A DNA stretch of 64,000 bases, taken from assembly GCA_902609285.1 (NCBI GenBank), contig CACLRL010000004.1, positions 2,796-66,795 of the forward strand. Reading direction: 5' to 3'. The position numbers were made by a program, and so were the translations under genes. Below, in pieces: positions 19,452 to 29,698 of the stretch (position 1 is its first letter; each line of letters begins with the position of its first letter). Below the pieces are notes generated by a model that saw only the letters and a list, made by a program, of their open reading frames with translations, was not told the DNA's origin and ran no database searches. This DNA comes from an uncultured Candidatus Actinomarina sp. Lineage in GTDB: Bacteria; Actinomycetota; Acidimicrobiia; Actinomarinales; Actinomarinaceae.

Positions 19452-19829
19452 ATGGCAAGAAAACTTTCACAAAATACGATAAATAGGTTTAAAAAAAGAC
19501 TTGAAGCTGAACGAGAGCAGCTTTTATCTATGTTAGAACAACATCAAGAGGAAAGGGAAAAAGTAAGACTATCTGAGGCGTCTGCTGAAAGAAGTCCTGA
19601 TCCAACTTCTGCAGATGGTGGATCTATGGCTTTCGAGCTTGAGAAAGAGCTTACTCTCGATGAAAATACCAAACATTTACTTAACCAAGTCGAACATGCT
19701 CTTGTACTTATTAAAAAGAAAAAGTATGGGAATTGTGAAAACTGTGGCGAACCTATTCCAGTAGCAAGACTTGAGGCCCTGCCGTACGCAACCTTACGCA
19801 AAGAGTGTGCTGAATTACTTGATTCTTAA
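19452..19829 (+). CDS. TraR/DksA-family C4 zinc-finger protein
   Basis: N-terminal coiled coil, and a C-terminal CENCGEPIPVARLEALPYATLRKEC zinc finger. Confidence 0.75.
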   Translation: MARKLSQNTINRFKKRLEAEREQLLSMLEQHQEEREKVRLSEASAERSPDPTSADGGSMAFELEKELTLDENTKHLLNQVEHALVLIKKKKYGNCENCGEPIPVARLEALPYATLRKECAELLDS

Positions 19830-20283
19830 TCTCAACAAAAAACCTTTAATTATCTCATTATGTCTGGGTATCTTAGATAATTTAGTAAAATCATATATTC
19901 GCTCAAATAATTTTGAAGATTTCGTAATTATCGAAAATGTTTTAGAAATTGATCTAAATTACAACACTGGGATTGCTTTTGGGTTTTTAAAAGATCAAGC
20001 CCCATTTACTTTTATTGCCTCTTCAGTAGTTCTAATTTGGTTAATTTTTCAATTTAAAAATGAGTTTGATAAAAAAATTGAAGAATATGCTTTTGTATTA
20101 GTTTTAGGGGGAGCCCTGGGGAACTTAGGTGAAAGATTTGTGAATCTTATTAATGGAAATGATGGAAAAGTTACGGATTTTATTGAATTATTATTTATTC
20201 CATCATTTAATCTTGCTGATTCATTTATTAGTATCGGAATATTTTTGTTGATTTTATCGGAGCTAATAAGCTCTAGTGATTGA
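19807..20283 (+). CDS. lspA: Lipoprotein signal peptidase II
   Basis: NTGIAFGF, GGALGNLGERF and FNLADSFISIG motifs. The start is uncertain. The longest ORF begins at TTG 19771 inside the upstream gene, and GTG 19807 or TTG 19819 are more plausible. Confidence 0.8.
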   Translation: MLNYLILNLNKKPLIISLCLGILDNLVKSYIRSNNFEDFVIIENVLEIDLNYNTGIAFGFLKDQAPFTFIASSVVLIWLIFQFKNEFDKKIEEYAFVLVLGGALGNLGERFVNLINGNDGKVTDFIELLFIPSFNLADSFISIGIFLLILSELISSSD

Positions 20284-20938
20284 AATTATTTTTAAAAATG
20301 AAGATTTTGTTGTTTTTAACAAACCTAATGGTGTTTTAACTCATCCAGTAAATTCAAATTCAGAAATCTCTGTACGTGATAAATTATTAGAGATTGAACC
20401 TTCGATAACTGAATGGGGGGTTGAAAAAAGAGAAGGAATCGTTCATAGATTAGATAAAGTAACTTCTGGGCTCATTGTTGCTGCTTTAAACTTTGAAACA
20501 TTTACTTATTTACAATCCTTATTCAAAGAAAGAAAAGTGTACAAAGAATATTCATGTTTAGTCGAAGGACATTTAAAAACACAATCTGGTGTTATAGAGC
20601 TACCATTATCAAAATCAAAAAAAAATAAGACTAAAAGAGCTGTAAGCAATGAAGGAAAAATTTCCACATCCCACTTTGAGGTCATAGACGAGTATGAAAG
20701 CTGCACCAAGTTAAAGATTCAATTAATAACTGGAAGAAATCACCAAATTAGATCTCAAATGGAGTATTTAGGCAATCCGATCTTGAATGATGTTTTGTAT
20801 AGTGCAAAAAAAATTGAATCTCTAAATAAAGATCAGATATGCTTAATGTCAAAAAAACTCAAATTTAATCATAAAAGTAATAATTATGAATTTGAAGCAA
20901 CCGAACCAAATTTTTTTAATACTCTCATAAATGTTTAA
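20276..20938 (+). CDS. RluA-family 23S rRNA/tRNA pseudouridine synthase (no S4 domain)
   Basis: GTG start. The catalytic motif is HRLDKVTSGLIV, and the TGRNHQIR motif is present. It follows lspA as in Actinobacteria. Confidence 0.85.
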   Translation: MIEIIFKNEDFVVFNKPNGVLTHPVNSNSEISVRDKLLEIEPSITEWGVEKREGIVHRLDKVTSGLIVAALNFETFTYLQSLFKERKVYKEYSCLVEGHLKTQSGVIELPLSKSKKNKTKRAVSNEGKISTSHFEVIDEYESCTKLKIQLITGRNHQIRSQMEYLGNPILNDVLYSAKKIESLNKDQICLMSKKLKFNHKSNNYEFEATEPNFFNTLINV

Positions 20939-20965
20939 TTAATCTAAATCATTTAAAATAACTTT

Positions 20966-23900
20966 ATGGAAAATTCATTTGTTCACCTTCATGCACATAC
21001 AGAATATTCAATGCTTGATGGTGCTGCGAAAATTGATTCATTTTTAAATCGGATTCTAGAACTAGGTCAACCTGGGGCAGCTATTACAGATCATGGTAAC
21101 TTATATGGTGCACTTGAGTTTTATAATTCAGCATTAAGAAAAGAACTTAAACCCATTATTGGTTACGAAGCTTATGTGATTGAAGGTAGTAGATTTGAAA
21201 AACCCGATAGAGATAAAAATAAAAGATTTCATTTAACCCTTCTAGCTGAAAATACAGTAGGTTATTGGAATCTTGTTGAAATAGCCAGCAAGGCTTACAC
21301 ACAAGGTTACTACTATAAACCAAGAGTTGACTATGACCTTTTAAAAGAACACAGTAACGGAATCATTGCATTGTCAGGTTGTCTAGGTGGAGAGATTGCT
21401 CAATTACTAGCTCCTGATGCCTCAAGAGAAGAAGGTAACCAAGGTCAAGAAAGAAGTTTTGATCGTGCTTTAGAAAAAGCAGACTTCTATCAAAATTTAT
21501 TTGGCAAAGAAAATTTTTACATTGAAATTATGAAGCATGGTATACAGCAACAAGAAGAAATCCTTCCTGATTTATTAAAGATATCTGATGCAATATCAGC
21601 ACCATTAGTTGCAACAAATGATTCACATTACGTCTATGATAGCGATGCATCTGCTCACGATGCCTTGTTATGTGTTCAAACAAATGCAACGATAGATGAT
21701 GAAAGTAGATTTAAATTTGATGGAAGTGGCTATTTTATAAAATCTTCTGAGGATATGAGAAAACTGTTTCCAAATAACGATTTTCCAGATGCATGTAACA
21801 ATACCTTAAAAATACTTGATAGAGTCCATTACGAGTTTAAAAAGGACTCATACTACTTACCCGATTTTCCAATTGAAGATAAATCCCAAAATGCAGATGA
21901 ATTCTTAATGGATAAAGTTTTTGAGGGAGCAAAAAATTTATATGGCGATTTAAATGATGAACTAGAAAAAAGAATAAATTATGAACTTGACGTTATAAAA
22001 ACAATGGGTTTTGCATCTTATTTTTTGATAGTTGGAGATCTAATCAATTATGCAAAATCAAAAGGAATAAGAACAGGCGCAGGGAGAGGCTCTGCTGCTG
22101 GATCTATAGTATCGTACTGCCTCGGTATAACTGGTATAGAGCCATTGAAGTATGGTCTTTTGTTTGAACGTTTTCTTAATAAGGGAAGAAAAGAGTTGCC
22201 TGATATAGACATGGATTTTGATGAACGCTACAGGAATGATGTTATAGATTATGTTTCAGAAAAATATGGTAGTGACAGAGTGGCACATATTGTAACTTTT
22301 GCGACGATAAAAGCAAAACAAGCAATAAGGGATTCAGCTAGAGTATTGGGACTTCCATTCTCGACAGGTGACAAGGTAGCTAAATTGATGCCACCAATGA
22401 TCCTAGGTATTTCGGCAACTTTGGGAGAGTGTCTAGATAAAGACGATACATCACATAGTGGTTATAGTAAAGAATTTTATTCAGCATCTTCAGAGTTGAG
22501 AAAACAATATAAAGAAAACGCAGAAGTTAAAAAAATAATTAATATTGCTCGTGGGCTGGAGGGCTTAAGAAGGCAAGATGGTATCCACGCAGCAGCAGTT
22601 GTAATATCTCCTGATAAGTTAACAAAATTTTTACCAATTCAACAAAAAGGAGATGGAGCAGAACTAGTTACACAATATGAAATGCATACTGTAGAACAGC
22701 TTGGTTTGTTGAAAATGGATTTTCTTGGACTTAGGAATCTTTCAATTATTGATCGTGCCATAGAGCTAATTAATGACAATTCTTTAAACATTGATGAGAT
22801 TGATCTTAAAGACAAAGCCACTTATGAATTATTTGCTGAGGGTAAAATGACAGGCGTTTTTCAACTTGAAAGTCGAGTAGCTCAATCAGTTTCAAGAAAC
22901 TTAAAACCTAAAAGATTCGAGGACCTGGTTGCTTTAGTTGCTTTGATTAGACCGGGACCTTTAGGTGCAGGTATGCACACTGAATTCGCAGAAAGAGCTA
23001 CGGGCAGAAAGGAAATTGAATATCTTCATAATGACTTGAAAGAAATTTTAGAAGAAACATATGGTGTAATCTTATATCAAGAACAAGTTATGCAAATAGC
23101 TCAAAGAATATCTGGATTTGAGTTAGATGAAGCAGATGATCTAAGAAAAGCCATGGGTAAGAAAATCCCAAAAGTTATGGAACAACAAAGAAATAAATTT
23201 ACTGATGGAGCATTAAAGAATGGTTATTCAGAGCAATTTGCAATTGAACTTTTTGATCAGATTGCATATTTTGCCGGTTATGGGTTCAATAAAAGTCATT
23301 CAGTCCCATATGCATTGTTGGCATATCAAACTGCTTTTTTGAAATCTAATTATCCAGCTGAATATTTATCTGCATGTTTGACAGCTGTAAAAAGAGATAA
23401 AGACAGAACTGCTATCTTTCTATCTGAAGCAAGAGAAATGGGTGTTACGGTTAATACTCCAGATATAAATTTAAGCTCTGAAGATTTTTCGGTAAATAAT
23501 GGTGAAATCTTGTTTGGCTTATCCGCTATTCGGAATGTTGGAGATGTAACTGCACAAAAAATTATCATAGAAAGAAAAAATTCAGATTATGAAAGCATTC
23601 AAGATTTCTTAACAAGAATGGACTCAAGATCATTAAATAAAAGAGGAATAGAAGCACTTGTACAGGGTGGTGCTTTTGACAAATTTGGATTTCCAAGAAA
23701 AGGTATCTACGAGAAAATTATAGATCTAATTGAAGACGCTAAAGATTTGAAAAAGACCAAAAATAGTGCTCAGGGATCCTTATTTGAATTTGACGATAAT
23801 GAAATCAATAAAACAATTATTCAAGATGTTGAGTGGGATAAAAAAGAATATTTAAATCGAGAAAGAGAGATGTTGGGCTTCTTTGTAAGCGAAGATCCTT

Positions 23901-24460
23901 TGGAGGGATATGGAGAAGTTTTAAGGTCAGAATCATCACATTCAATTATCGAATTAGTAAGTTCAGAAGAGGAAGAAGAGATAAGCGTTGTGATATCTGG
24001 CTTACTTTCTAATGTACAAAAAAGAGTTTCAAGAAAAGGCAATCCGTGGATTCAATTTGATGTGCAGGATACAACTGGAACAGTGGGCGTGTTACTTTTT
24101 AATAAACTTGTAGATAAATTTAATAATGATGTTGATGGGGAAAATTATGTAAAAGTATCTGGAAGCTTTGTTGGAGGAGCTGAAAACATAATTAGAGCTA
24201 GAGACCTAATAACAATAGAACCGTCCAAAATGTTAATCGATATGGATACAACCCCAATGAGAATAATCGTTGAGGAGGAAACTCTAGATAGGCAAAACCT
24301 AATAATGTTAAAAGAGTTATTACAAAAATATCCTGGTAATTCAAAAGTTGAACTTGAAGTAAATTCGTCAGAGGGCGTAAAACTTCTTGAACTAAAATCA
24401 ATAAAAATTAAAAAAACTCAACAACTCAAAAACGAGATCAATACTTTACTTACAAATTAA
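20966..24460 (+). CDS. dnaE: DNA polymerase III subunit alpha
   Basis: 1164 aa. PHP domain FVHLHAHTEYSMLDG, the catalytic block PDIDMDF, and GYGFNKSHS. Confidence 0.97.
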   Translation: MENSFVHLHAHTEYSMLDGAAKIDSFLNRILELGQPGAAITDHGNLYGALEFYNSALRKELKPIIGYEAYVIEGSRFEKPDRDKNKRFHLTLLAENTVGYWNLVEIASKAYTQGYYYKPRVDYDLLKEHSNGIIALSGCLGGEIAQLLAPDASREEGNQGQERSFDRALEKADFYQNLFGKENFYIEIMKHGIQQQEEILPDLLKISDAISAPLVATNDSHYVYDSDASAHDALLCVQTNATIDDESRFKFDGSGYFIKSSEDMRKLFPNNDFPDACNNTLKILDRVHYEFKKDSYYLPDFPIEDKSQNADEFLMDKVFEGAKNLYGDLNDELEKRINYELDVIKTMGFASYFLIVGDLINYAKSKGIRTGAGRGSAAGSIVSYCLGITGIEPLKYGLLFERFLNKGRKELPDIDMDFDERYRNDVIDYVSEKYGSDRVAHIVTFATIKAKQAIRDSARVLGLPFSTGDKVAKLMPPMILGISATLGECLDKDDTSHSGYSKEFYSASSELRKQYKENAEVKKIINIARGLEGLRRQDGIHAAAVVISPDKLTKFLPIQQKGDGAELVTQYEMHTVEQLGLLKMDFLGLRNLSIIDRAIELINDNSLNIDEIDLKDKATYELFAEGKMTGVFQLESRVAQSVSRNLKPKRFEDLVALVALIRPGPLGAGMHTEFAERATGRKEIEYLHNDLKEILEETYGVILYQEQVMQIAQRISGFELDEADDLRKAMGKKIPKVMEQQRNKFTDGALKNGYSEQFAIELFDQIAYFAGYGFNKSHSVPYALLAYQTAFLKSNYPAEYLSACLTAVKRDKDRTAIFLSEAREMGVTVNTPDINLSSEDFSVNNGEILFGLSAIRNVGDVTAQKIIIERKNSDYESIQDFLTRMDSRSLNKRGIEALVQGGAFDKFGFPRKGIYEKIIDLIEDAKDLKKTKNSAQGSLFEFDDNEINKTIIQDVEWDKKEYLNREREMLGFFVSEDPLEGYGEVLRSESSHSIIELVSSEEEEEISVVISGLLSNVQKRVSRKGNPWIQFDVQDTTGTVGVLLFNKLVDKFNNDVDGENYVKVSGSFVGGAENIIRARDLITIEPSKMLIDMDTTPMRIIVEEETLDRQNLIMLKELLQKYPGNSKVELEVNSSEGVKLLELKSIKIKKTQQLKNEINTLLTN

Positions 24461-24473
24461 CTAGTATTTAACT

Positions 24474-24683
24474 ATGTCCTTTAATGTAGAAGAATTTAAA
24501 AAAAGATTTAAAGAAAGAGCAGAGGCTGTAAAAGATAGACCTATGCCACCTGTTGGAGGAGATGAAAGAATGTTGTTCATGAAACAAGCGGAACTTGACT
24601 TTCAAGATTACATGATAATTTCAGACTCAACGTTTGAAGTTACAGATGATTTTTTAATTTTTAAATATAAGCTTGATACTTAA
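24474..24683 (+). CDS. Hypothetical protein (69 aa)
   Basis: Open frame with ATG, 13 nt after dnaE. No motif recognised. Confidence 0.4.
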   Translation: MSFNVEEFKKRFKERAEAVKDRPMPPVGGDERMLFMKQAELDFQDYMIISDSTFEVTDDFLIFKYKLDT

Positions 24684-25342
24684 GTCAGATTCTTTCCCAT
24701 TGGAAAAATGTTGTTGATAACTTCTGCACATGCTTTTGCTATCTCCATGTGCTCTTTTTGAGTTCCATTTTCTTCTCTCAATTGAATATAATGTATCCAG
24801 CTTCTTAAAGTTCCATTCATATAAATCCTACTAACAGTGTTTCCTTCAGGTAATACAGATCTAGCTTGTTCTTTAGCTATACCATTTTTAATAGCCCAGT
24901 TATAGACTTCTGTTGCCTTGTTTATAACTTTCGATTGCATTTGTTCCCATTCTTCAATAATTTTTTCATTGTCTGTACTGATAGAGTTTTGTCTATTTTT
25001 TGGGTCTTGCAATCTAGCCTCTCGAATTACAAATTCTAAGTCCTCAACTGGATTTGCATATCTCTGACTAAATTCTTGAAAACTAAAAGATCTATGCCGA
25101 AGAATTTGTCTGGCAATATCCCTTGTAGTTTCAATTTCTAAACATGCACTTACCATTTCAAGTGGAGACCAGTGAGCATTTTTGATGAGATATTGAATTA
25201 ATTTTTCACTAGTTTCAGTGTTTAATTGGTTGGAAGGATTAGAAACTCTTGCACAAAATGCTACTAGTTCCTGTGCATTATCTATACCATCATTACTAAT
25301 TGAATCAGTCGGTTTAGAATAGCTTATAAGTTTTACTTTCAT
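24680..25342 (-). CDS. thyX: Flavin-dependent thymidylate synthase ThyX
   Basis: ThyX signature RHRSFSFQEFSQRY. Confidence 0.9.
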   Translation of the reverse strand: MKVKLISYSKPTDSISNDGIDNAQELVAFCARVSNPSNQLNTETSEKLIQYLIKNAHWSPLEMVSACLEIETTRDIARQILRHRSFSFQEFSQRYANPVEDLEFVIREARLQDPKNRQNSISTDNEKIIEEWEQMQSKVINKATEVYNWAIKNGIAKEQARSVLPEGNTVSRIYMNGTLRSWIHYIQLREENGTQKEHMEIAKACAEVINNIFPMGKNLT

Positions 25343-25371
25343 TTCAAGATATATATTAAAATAAATTCATT

Positions 25372-25635
25372 ATGTTTTTATTAAGATTAGTAGTTTTTTT
25401 AATTTTAGTTTCACTAGTTGTAATTCTTGCTTACCCTTTATTGATTATTTTAAATTTATCAAATGGTGGAGACGGATTTGGTTTATGTAATGACCTAATT
25501 GCATGTGAAATACCATTCATAGAGGGACCTAGAATTTTAATCATTTTAATAATTACTTTTTTCTTTCTTGTGGCTGTTTTAAGAATAATTATGAAATATC
25601 TTAACAGTATTAATAAAGAGGAAACTATTCTTTAA
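25372..25635 (+). CDS. Hypothetical membrane protein (87 aa, 2 TM)
   Basis: Hydrophobic N- and C-terminal segments. No motif recognised. Confidence 0.4.
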   Translation: MFLLRLVVFLILVSLVVILAYPLLIILNLSNGGDGFGLCNDLIACEIPFIEGPRILIILIITFFFLVAVLRIIMKYLNSINKEETIL

Positions 25636-26452
25636 CAACATAAAATATAGCTATTAACATTAAAATTACTCCCGCCCAATTTAATAAATTTAGTACTTCT
25701 CCAACAAAAAATACACCTATTAATAGTGCAAATACACCCTCTAACCCAAACAAGAGTGATGCTGTTGAAGCATTTATAAATTTTTGACCATATAGCTGTA
25801 AGTAAAAAGCACAAAAATTTACAACAAAACCAAGAAAAAAGAGTGGTACAAAGAATTCGTAACTTATGTTTAAATTCTCATAATTTATAAAAGGAATACA
25901 CAAAATACTGCCAACAGCTGATTGCACAAACATTAATTTTGAAATATTTAAATCCTTCACATATTTTTCGACCATAACTATGTGTAATGCGTAGCCTGTT
26001 GCACAAATTAATGTGTATAGATTTCCAAATAATTGATCGAGATCATTCAGTGCTATCAATAAAATGCCAGCAAATCCTGCGATTGATCCTATTAAGTTCT
26101 TTTTTTGGATTAAGTTTTTATTTATATACTTGGAAAAGATTGGAGTTAATACAATATAAAAACCAGTTACTACTCCAGAATTTATTGTAGAAGTTGTTTC
26201 AAGGCCTATGGTTTGTGTAATATATCCAATCCATAAGAACACACCCATAAGCAAACCAGGTTTTAGATATTCTTTTTCAGGTATGCCACCGGTAATTAGA
26301 AAAAGTATCGCAGCTAAAACGTATCTTAAAAAAACAATATTTACTGGTGTTAGATCTGATATTAGATCTTTTACAACTGCAAAAGTTGAACCAAAAAGTA
26401 AAGCTGATGTAACAAGAGATATAATTGCACGGCTTTTATTTTTTAAAATCAT
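25625..26452 (-). CDS. EamA/DMT-superfamily transporter
   Basis: 275 aa with about 10 TM helices in a two-fold repeat architecture typical of EamA. Confidence 0.65.
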   Translation of the reverse strand: MILKNKSRAIISLVTSALLFGSTFAVVKDLISDLTPVNIVFLRYVLAAILFLITGGIPEKEYLKPGLLMGVFLWIGYITQTIGLETTSTINSGVVTGFYIVLTPIFSKYINKNLIQKKNLIGSIAGFAGILLIALNDLDQLFGNLYTLICATGYALHIVMVEKYVKDLNISKLMFVQSAVGSILCIPFINYENLNISYEFFVPLFFLGFVVNFCAFYLQLYGQKFINASTASLLFGLEGVFALLIGVFFVGEVLNLLNWAGVILMLIAIFYVVKE

Positions 26453-26492
26453 CTGAATAAGTGAACATTAATATCTTGTATAAAATAATGAT

Positions 26493-27125
26493 ATGAAAAA
26501 ACAAGATAAGGTAAAAGAAATTCACAAGATTTTAGATGATCTCTATCCAAATCCTTCAAAACCTCTAAATCACAAAGATCCCTATACATTATTAGTTTCA
26601 GTTTTACTATCTGCAAGATGCACTGATAAAAAAGTAAATGAAGTAACGCCAGAATTATTCAGTCTTGCAGATAATCCAAAAGACATGTCAAAAATTGATG
26701 TTCGCACTATTAGAAGAGTTGTAAAACCTTGCGGTCTATCACCACAAAAATCAAAGGCAATATCAAATTTATCAAAGATTCTTGTAAAAAAATATAATTC
26801 AAAAGTTCCAAAAAATTTTGAAGATCTTGAGTCATTACCTGGTATTGGTCATAAAAGTGCCTCGGTCGTAATGGGTCAAGCTTTTGGTGTTCAAACGTTT
26901 CCAGTTGATACTCATATTCATCGATTGGCATGGAGATGGGGTTTATCTAATAGAAAAAGTGTTGAGCAAACAGAAAAAGACCTTAAAAGACTTTTTCCTG
27001 AAAAATCATGGAATAAATTACACCTTCAAATTATTTTTTTTGGAAGAGAATATTGTCCTGCTATTTCACATATAAGAGATTTGTGCCCAATATGTAGTAA
27101 GTATGGTCGTAAGGATATGAAATAA
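26493..27125 (+). CDS. nth: Endonuclease III (DNA glycosylase/AP lyase)
   Basis: LVSVLLSARCTD, the HhH-GPD motif LPGIGHKSASVVM, and the catalytic VDTHIHR. The C-terminal Cys cluster is atypical (see findings). Confidence 0.88.
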   Translation: MKKQDKVKEIHKILDDLYPNPSKPLNHKDPYTLLVSVLLSARCTDKKVNEVTPELFSLADNPKDMSKIDVRTIRRVVKPCGLSPQKSKAISNLSKILVKKYNSKVPKNFEDLESLPGIGHKSASVVMGQAFGVQTFPVDTHIHRLAWRWGLSNRKSVEQTEKDLKRLFPEKSWNKLHLQIIFFGREYCPAISHIRDLCPICSKYGRKDMK

Positions 27126-27833
27126 ATGGAAGTAAATTTCTTTATAGCTTTTTTGTTTGGAATTTTATCTTTCATATCACCTTGTGTTTTACCATTGGTG
27201 CCTGGTTATCTTGCAATTTTTTCTGAATCAGAAAGAGACGTCAAAGTAAGATTATTTGGGTCAATACAATTTAGTCTAGGGTTCTCAATTGTATTTATAT
27301 CATTGGCTGCTATTGCAACAAACATAGGCTCTTTTTTTAGTAGAAATTCCGAATCTTTATCTAGGGTTAGTGGAATAATTATTATATTGTTTGGCTTAAT
27401 ATTATTGTTCCCAAATCTCAATAAAAAGTATTTTTATAGTTCAAACTTTATTGATGTGAGAAATTTTAATATTTTTAGAAATTTTATATTAGGTCTTACT
27501 TTTGGTTTTGGATTTACTCCTTGTATTGGGCCTGTACTCGGTGCACTTCTAACTCTTTCATCAAGTACAAGTACAATTACAGAGGGAGTAACTTTATTGG
27601 TTTTCTACTCAATAGGATTAGCAATCCCATTTATATTGATGCCTATTTTTTCTTCCAAGATAAATTTAAAATCTAAGATATTTACTTTATTCCAAAAGTA
27701 TTCATCATTCCTTTCAGGCTCCACATTAATTGCTATTGGGTTACTTATTTTTACTGACAGAATGTATGTGTTAGCATCATTTTTTCAGGAACTGTTCGTT
27801 TTTTTAAATCTTGAGTGGCTTAGTACAATTTAG
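27126..27833 (+). CDS. ccdA: Cytochrome c biogenesis / thiol-disulfide transfer protein CcdA (DsbD family)
   Basis: SPCVLPLVPGY and FTPCIGPVLG motifs, in a polytopic protein. Confidence 0.8.
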   Translation: MEVNFFIAFLFGILSFISPCVLPLVPGYLAIFSESERDVKVRLFGSIQFSLGFSIVFISLAAIATNIGSFFSRNSESLSRVSGIIIILFGLILLFPNLNKKYFYSSNFIDVRNFNIFRNFILGLTFGFGFTPCIGPVLGALLTLSSSTSTITEGVTLLVFYSIGLAIPFILMPIFSSKINLKSKIFTLFQKYSSFLSGSTLIAIGLLIFTDRMYVLASFFQELFVFLNLEWLSTI

Positions 27834-27835
27834 AT

Positions 27836-28402
27836 ATGTCAAATATATTGAATATACAGAAATGTTTAAAGATAAAGGGCAATGATGCATCTTCATTTGT
27901 TGATTCTTTAATATCTAACAACTTAGATAATGAAAAATTAAAGCCCTCATACTTACTTAGACCTGACGGCAAAATAAATCATTGGTTTTTTACGCACATA
28001 GTTAATAAAGAAATCTTGATTTATCAAGAAAGTGACGAACTTAAAAAAATATTAGATAGTTTAATGAAATATGCAATACGAGTTGAATGTGAGTTTTTAA
28101 TAATAACAGTCAATCACTCGTTGATTGGAAAAATTGGAAATGGAGAAATTAAAATAGTTGATGATATATCTGAAGATGCAGTTTCATGGGAAGACTATGA
28201 AATCATCAATGAGATACCATCAAGAACAATTATAAATGAGGGCCTTCTTCCTAATGAAACAAAATGGTTAGATAATTTTGTTGATTTTGAGAAGGGTTGT
28301 TTTCTAGGTCAAGAACAAGCATCAAGAATAAAACATCGTGGTAAGCCTAGAAGAGTTCTTATTACTAATGAGGGTGGTCAACAAGAAATGTCTAAGATTT
28401 AA
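27836..28402 (+). CDS. YgfZ/GcvT-like folate-binding protein, short form
   Basis: The C-terminal motif KGCFLGQEQASRIKHRGKPRR matches the YgfZ signature (KGCY-x-GQE ... RG). At 188 aa it is much shorter than typical YgfZ. Confidence 0.55.
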   Translation: MSNILNIQKCLKIKGNDASSFVDSLISNNLDNEKLKPSYLLRPDGKINHWFFTHIVNKEILIYQESDELKKILDSLMKYAIRVECEFLIITVNHSLIGKIGNGEIKIVDDISEDAVSWEDYEIINEIPSRTIINEGLLPNETKWLDNFVDFEKGCFLGQEQASRIKHRGKPRRVLITNEGGQQEMSKI

Positions 28403-28405
28403 CTA

Positions 28406-28711
28406 ATGCTACGTTGTCAATATTGTGGAAGAATATTAAATATAAATCGTTCAGATACCTATTTGTTGTGCTCACAAAAATGTAAAAGTAAATTTAAAAA
28501 TAAAAATCAGATAAAAAAAGTTGATGAGTATGTTCTAGATTCAATAAATAATGAGTGGTATTTTGTAAAAGATATTGTTTCACCAAAAAAATCGAACAAA
28601 TTTGAAATAGTTTCTTCAATATCCAGGATGATATATTTTGAAAATCGTTTAATTAAAAAAAATAATGCCGAAGTTAATTTACAGACAAGAGTTACTTTAA
28701 AGAAAAAATAG
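28406..28711 (+). CDS. Hypothetical protein with N-terminal zinc-ribbon-like CxxC...CxxxC
   Basis: CQYCGRIL...CSQKCKSKF at the N-terminus, and a basic composition. No family recognised. Confidence 0.4.
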   Translation: MLRCQYCGRILNINRSDTYLLCSQKCKSKFKNKNQIKKVDEYVLDSINNEWYFVKDIVSPKKSNKFEIVSSISRMIYFENRLIKKNNAEVNLQTRVTLKKK

Positions 28712-29291
28712 CTCCTTTATCATATCTTTTAAGTGAAAATTGTACGATTGGTCCAACAATAATAACCATAAAAATTGTTCCATATCCATACGATCCTCCA
28801 AGTAGTACTCCACTCACAAACGCTGTAAAGTCTATCGCTATCCTGGTGACCCTAACGCTGGGCCCTCTTTTTGCAATTCCAGTCATAATTCCATCTCGAG
28901 GCCCCGGCCCTAGACCTGACCCAATATATATGCCTACACCCATTGCAAAAAGCACTGTTCCAAAGTATAAATATCCATGTCTCATGAGTATTGATTGAGG
29001 TGTTGGAATAAAGTACATAGTTAGATCAAGAACATTACCAATTGTTAGAATATTTAAAATCGTACCTAAAAATGGTTTTTGTTTTAGTGGGATCCAGCCA
29101 AGTAGAACAATAAAACCTGTTATGACACCTGCAAATCCAATCCGTACATTGATTAGTTTGCTGAAGCCATCATGAAACACATCCCAAGGGTTAAGACCAA
29201 GTTTTGCTTCAATTGTAAATGCTAGCCCAAAACCACATAAAAATAATCCAAAAAAACACTGGGGTAATCTTTGAATTATTTTTCTATTCAT
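28692..29291 (-). CDS. Integral membrane protein (YczE/YitT-like topology)
   Basis: 199 aa with about 5-6 TM helices. LGLNPWDVFHDG resembles YczE-type membrane proteins. Family assignment is weak. Confidence 0.45.
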   Translation of the reverse strand: MNRKIIQRLPQCFFGLFLCGFGLAFTIEAKLGLNPWDVFHDGFSKLINVRIGFAGVITGFIVLLGWIPLKQKPFLGTILNILTIGNVLDLTMYFIPTPQSILMRHGYLYFGTVLFAMGVGIYIGSGLGPGPRDGIMTGIAKRGPSVRVTRIAIDFTAFVSGVLLGGSYGYGTIFMVIIVGPIVQFSLKRYDKGAIFSLK

Positions 29292-29658
29292 TTATAGTGA
29301 AAATCTTTTCAAGGTATGGAATATTTTCGGGACATAATTCGTATACAGATTGAAATCTGAGAATTGGAATTATCCTGTTGTCTTCACGAACGTCAATTTG
29401 GCTATTTAGTAACTCTACCCTTATAAGATTTTCTGAAATATTCACGTTACTCCATTCTGGAGATGATAGACATATATTTTTACCAATATTTATTACGGAA
29501 TTATCTGATATATTTTCAAGAGTATTTTCTGCATCTGCAATTCGTATTTGTTTAACAAATTCGCTTCCGTATGATTCACTAGATAAATTTTGATACACGA
29601 TATATGAAATGCTTAAAATTATAAAAATTATGACACTAAATATTGGTATTTTCTTCAC
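29284..29658 (-). CDS. Hypothetical exported/anchored protein (124 aa)
   Basis: N-terminal signal-anchor KKIPIFSVIIFIILSISYIVY. It lies 40 nt downstream of tRNA-Leu on the same strand. Confidence 0.4.
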   Translation of the reverse strand: MKKIPIFSVIIFIILSISYIVYQNLSSESYGSEFVKQIRIADAENTLENISDNSVINIGKNICLSSPEWSNVNISENLIRVELLNSQIDVREDNRIIPILRFQSVYELCPENIPYLEKIFTINE

Positions 29659-29698
29659 ATTATATTATTAACCATTGAATATTTTAGTTTTTAAAATG

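Noticed and set aside
25632-26456. ORFs 25632..25814(-), 25987..26190(+) and 26208..26456(+) overlapping the EamA transporter gene.
   Set aside because: They are nested in or antisense to a continuous 275-aa polytopic ORF and have no independent signals.
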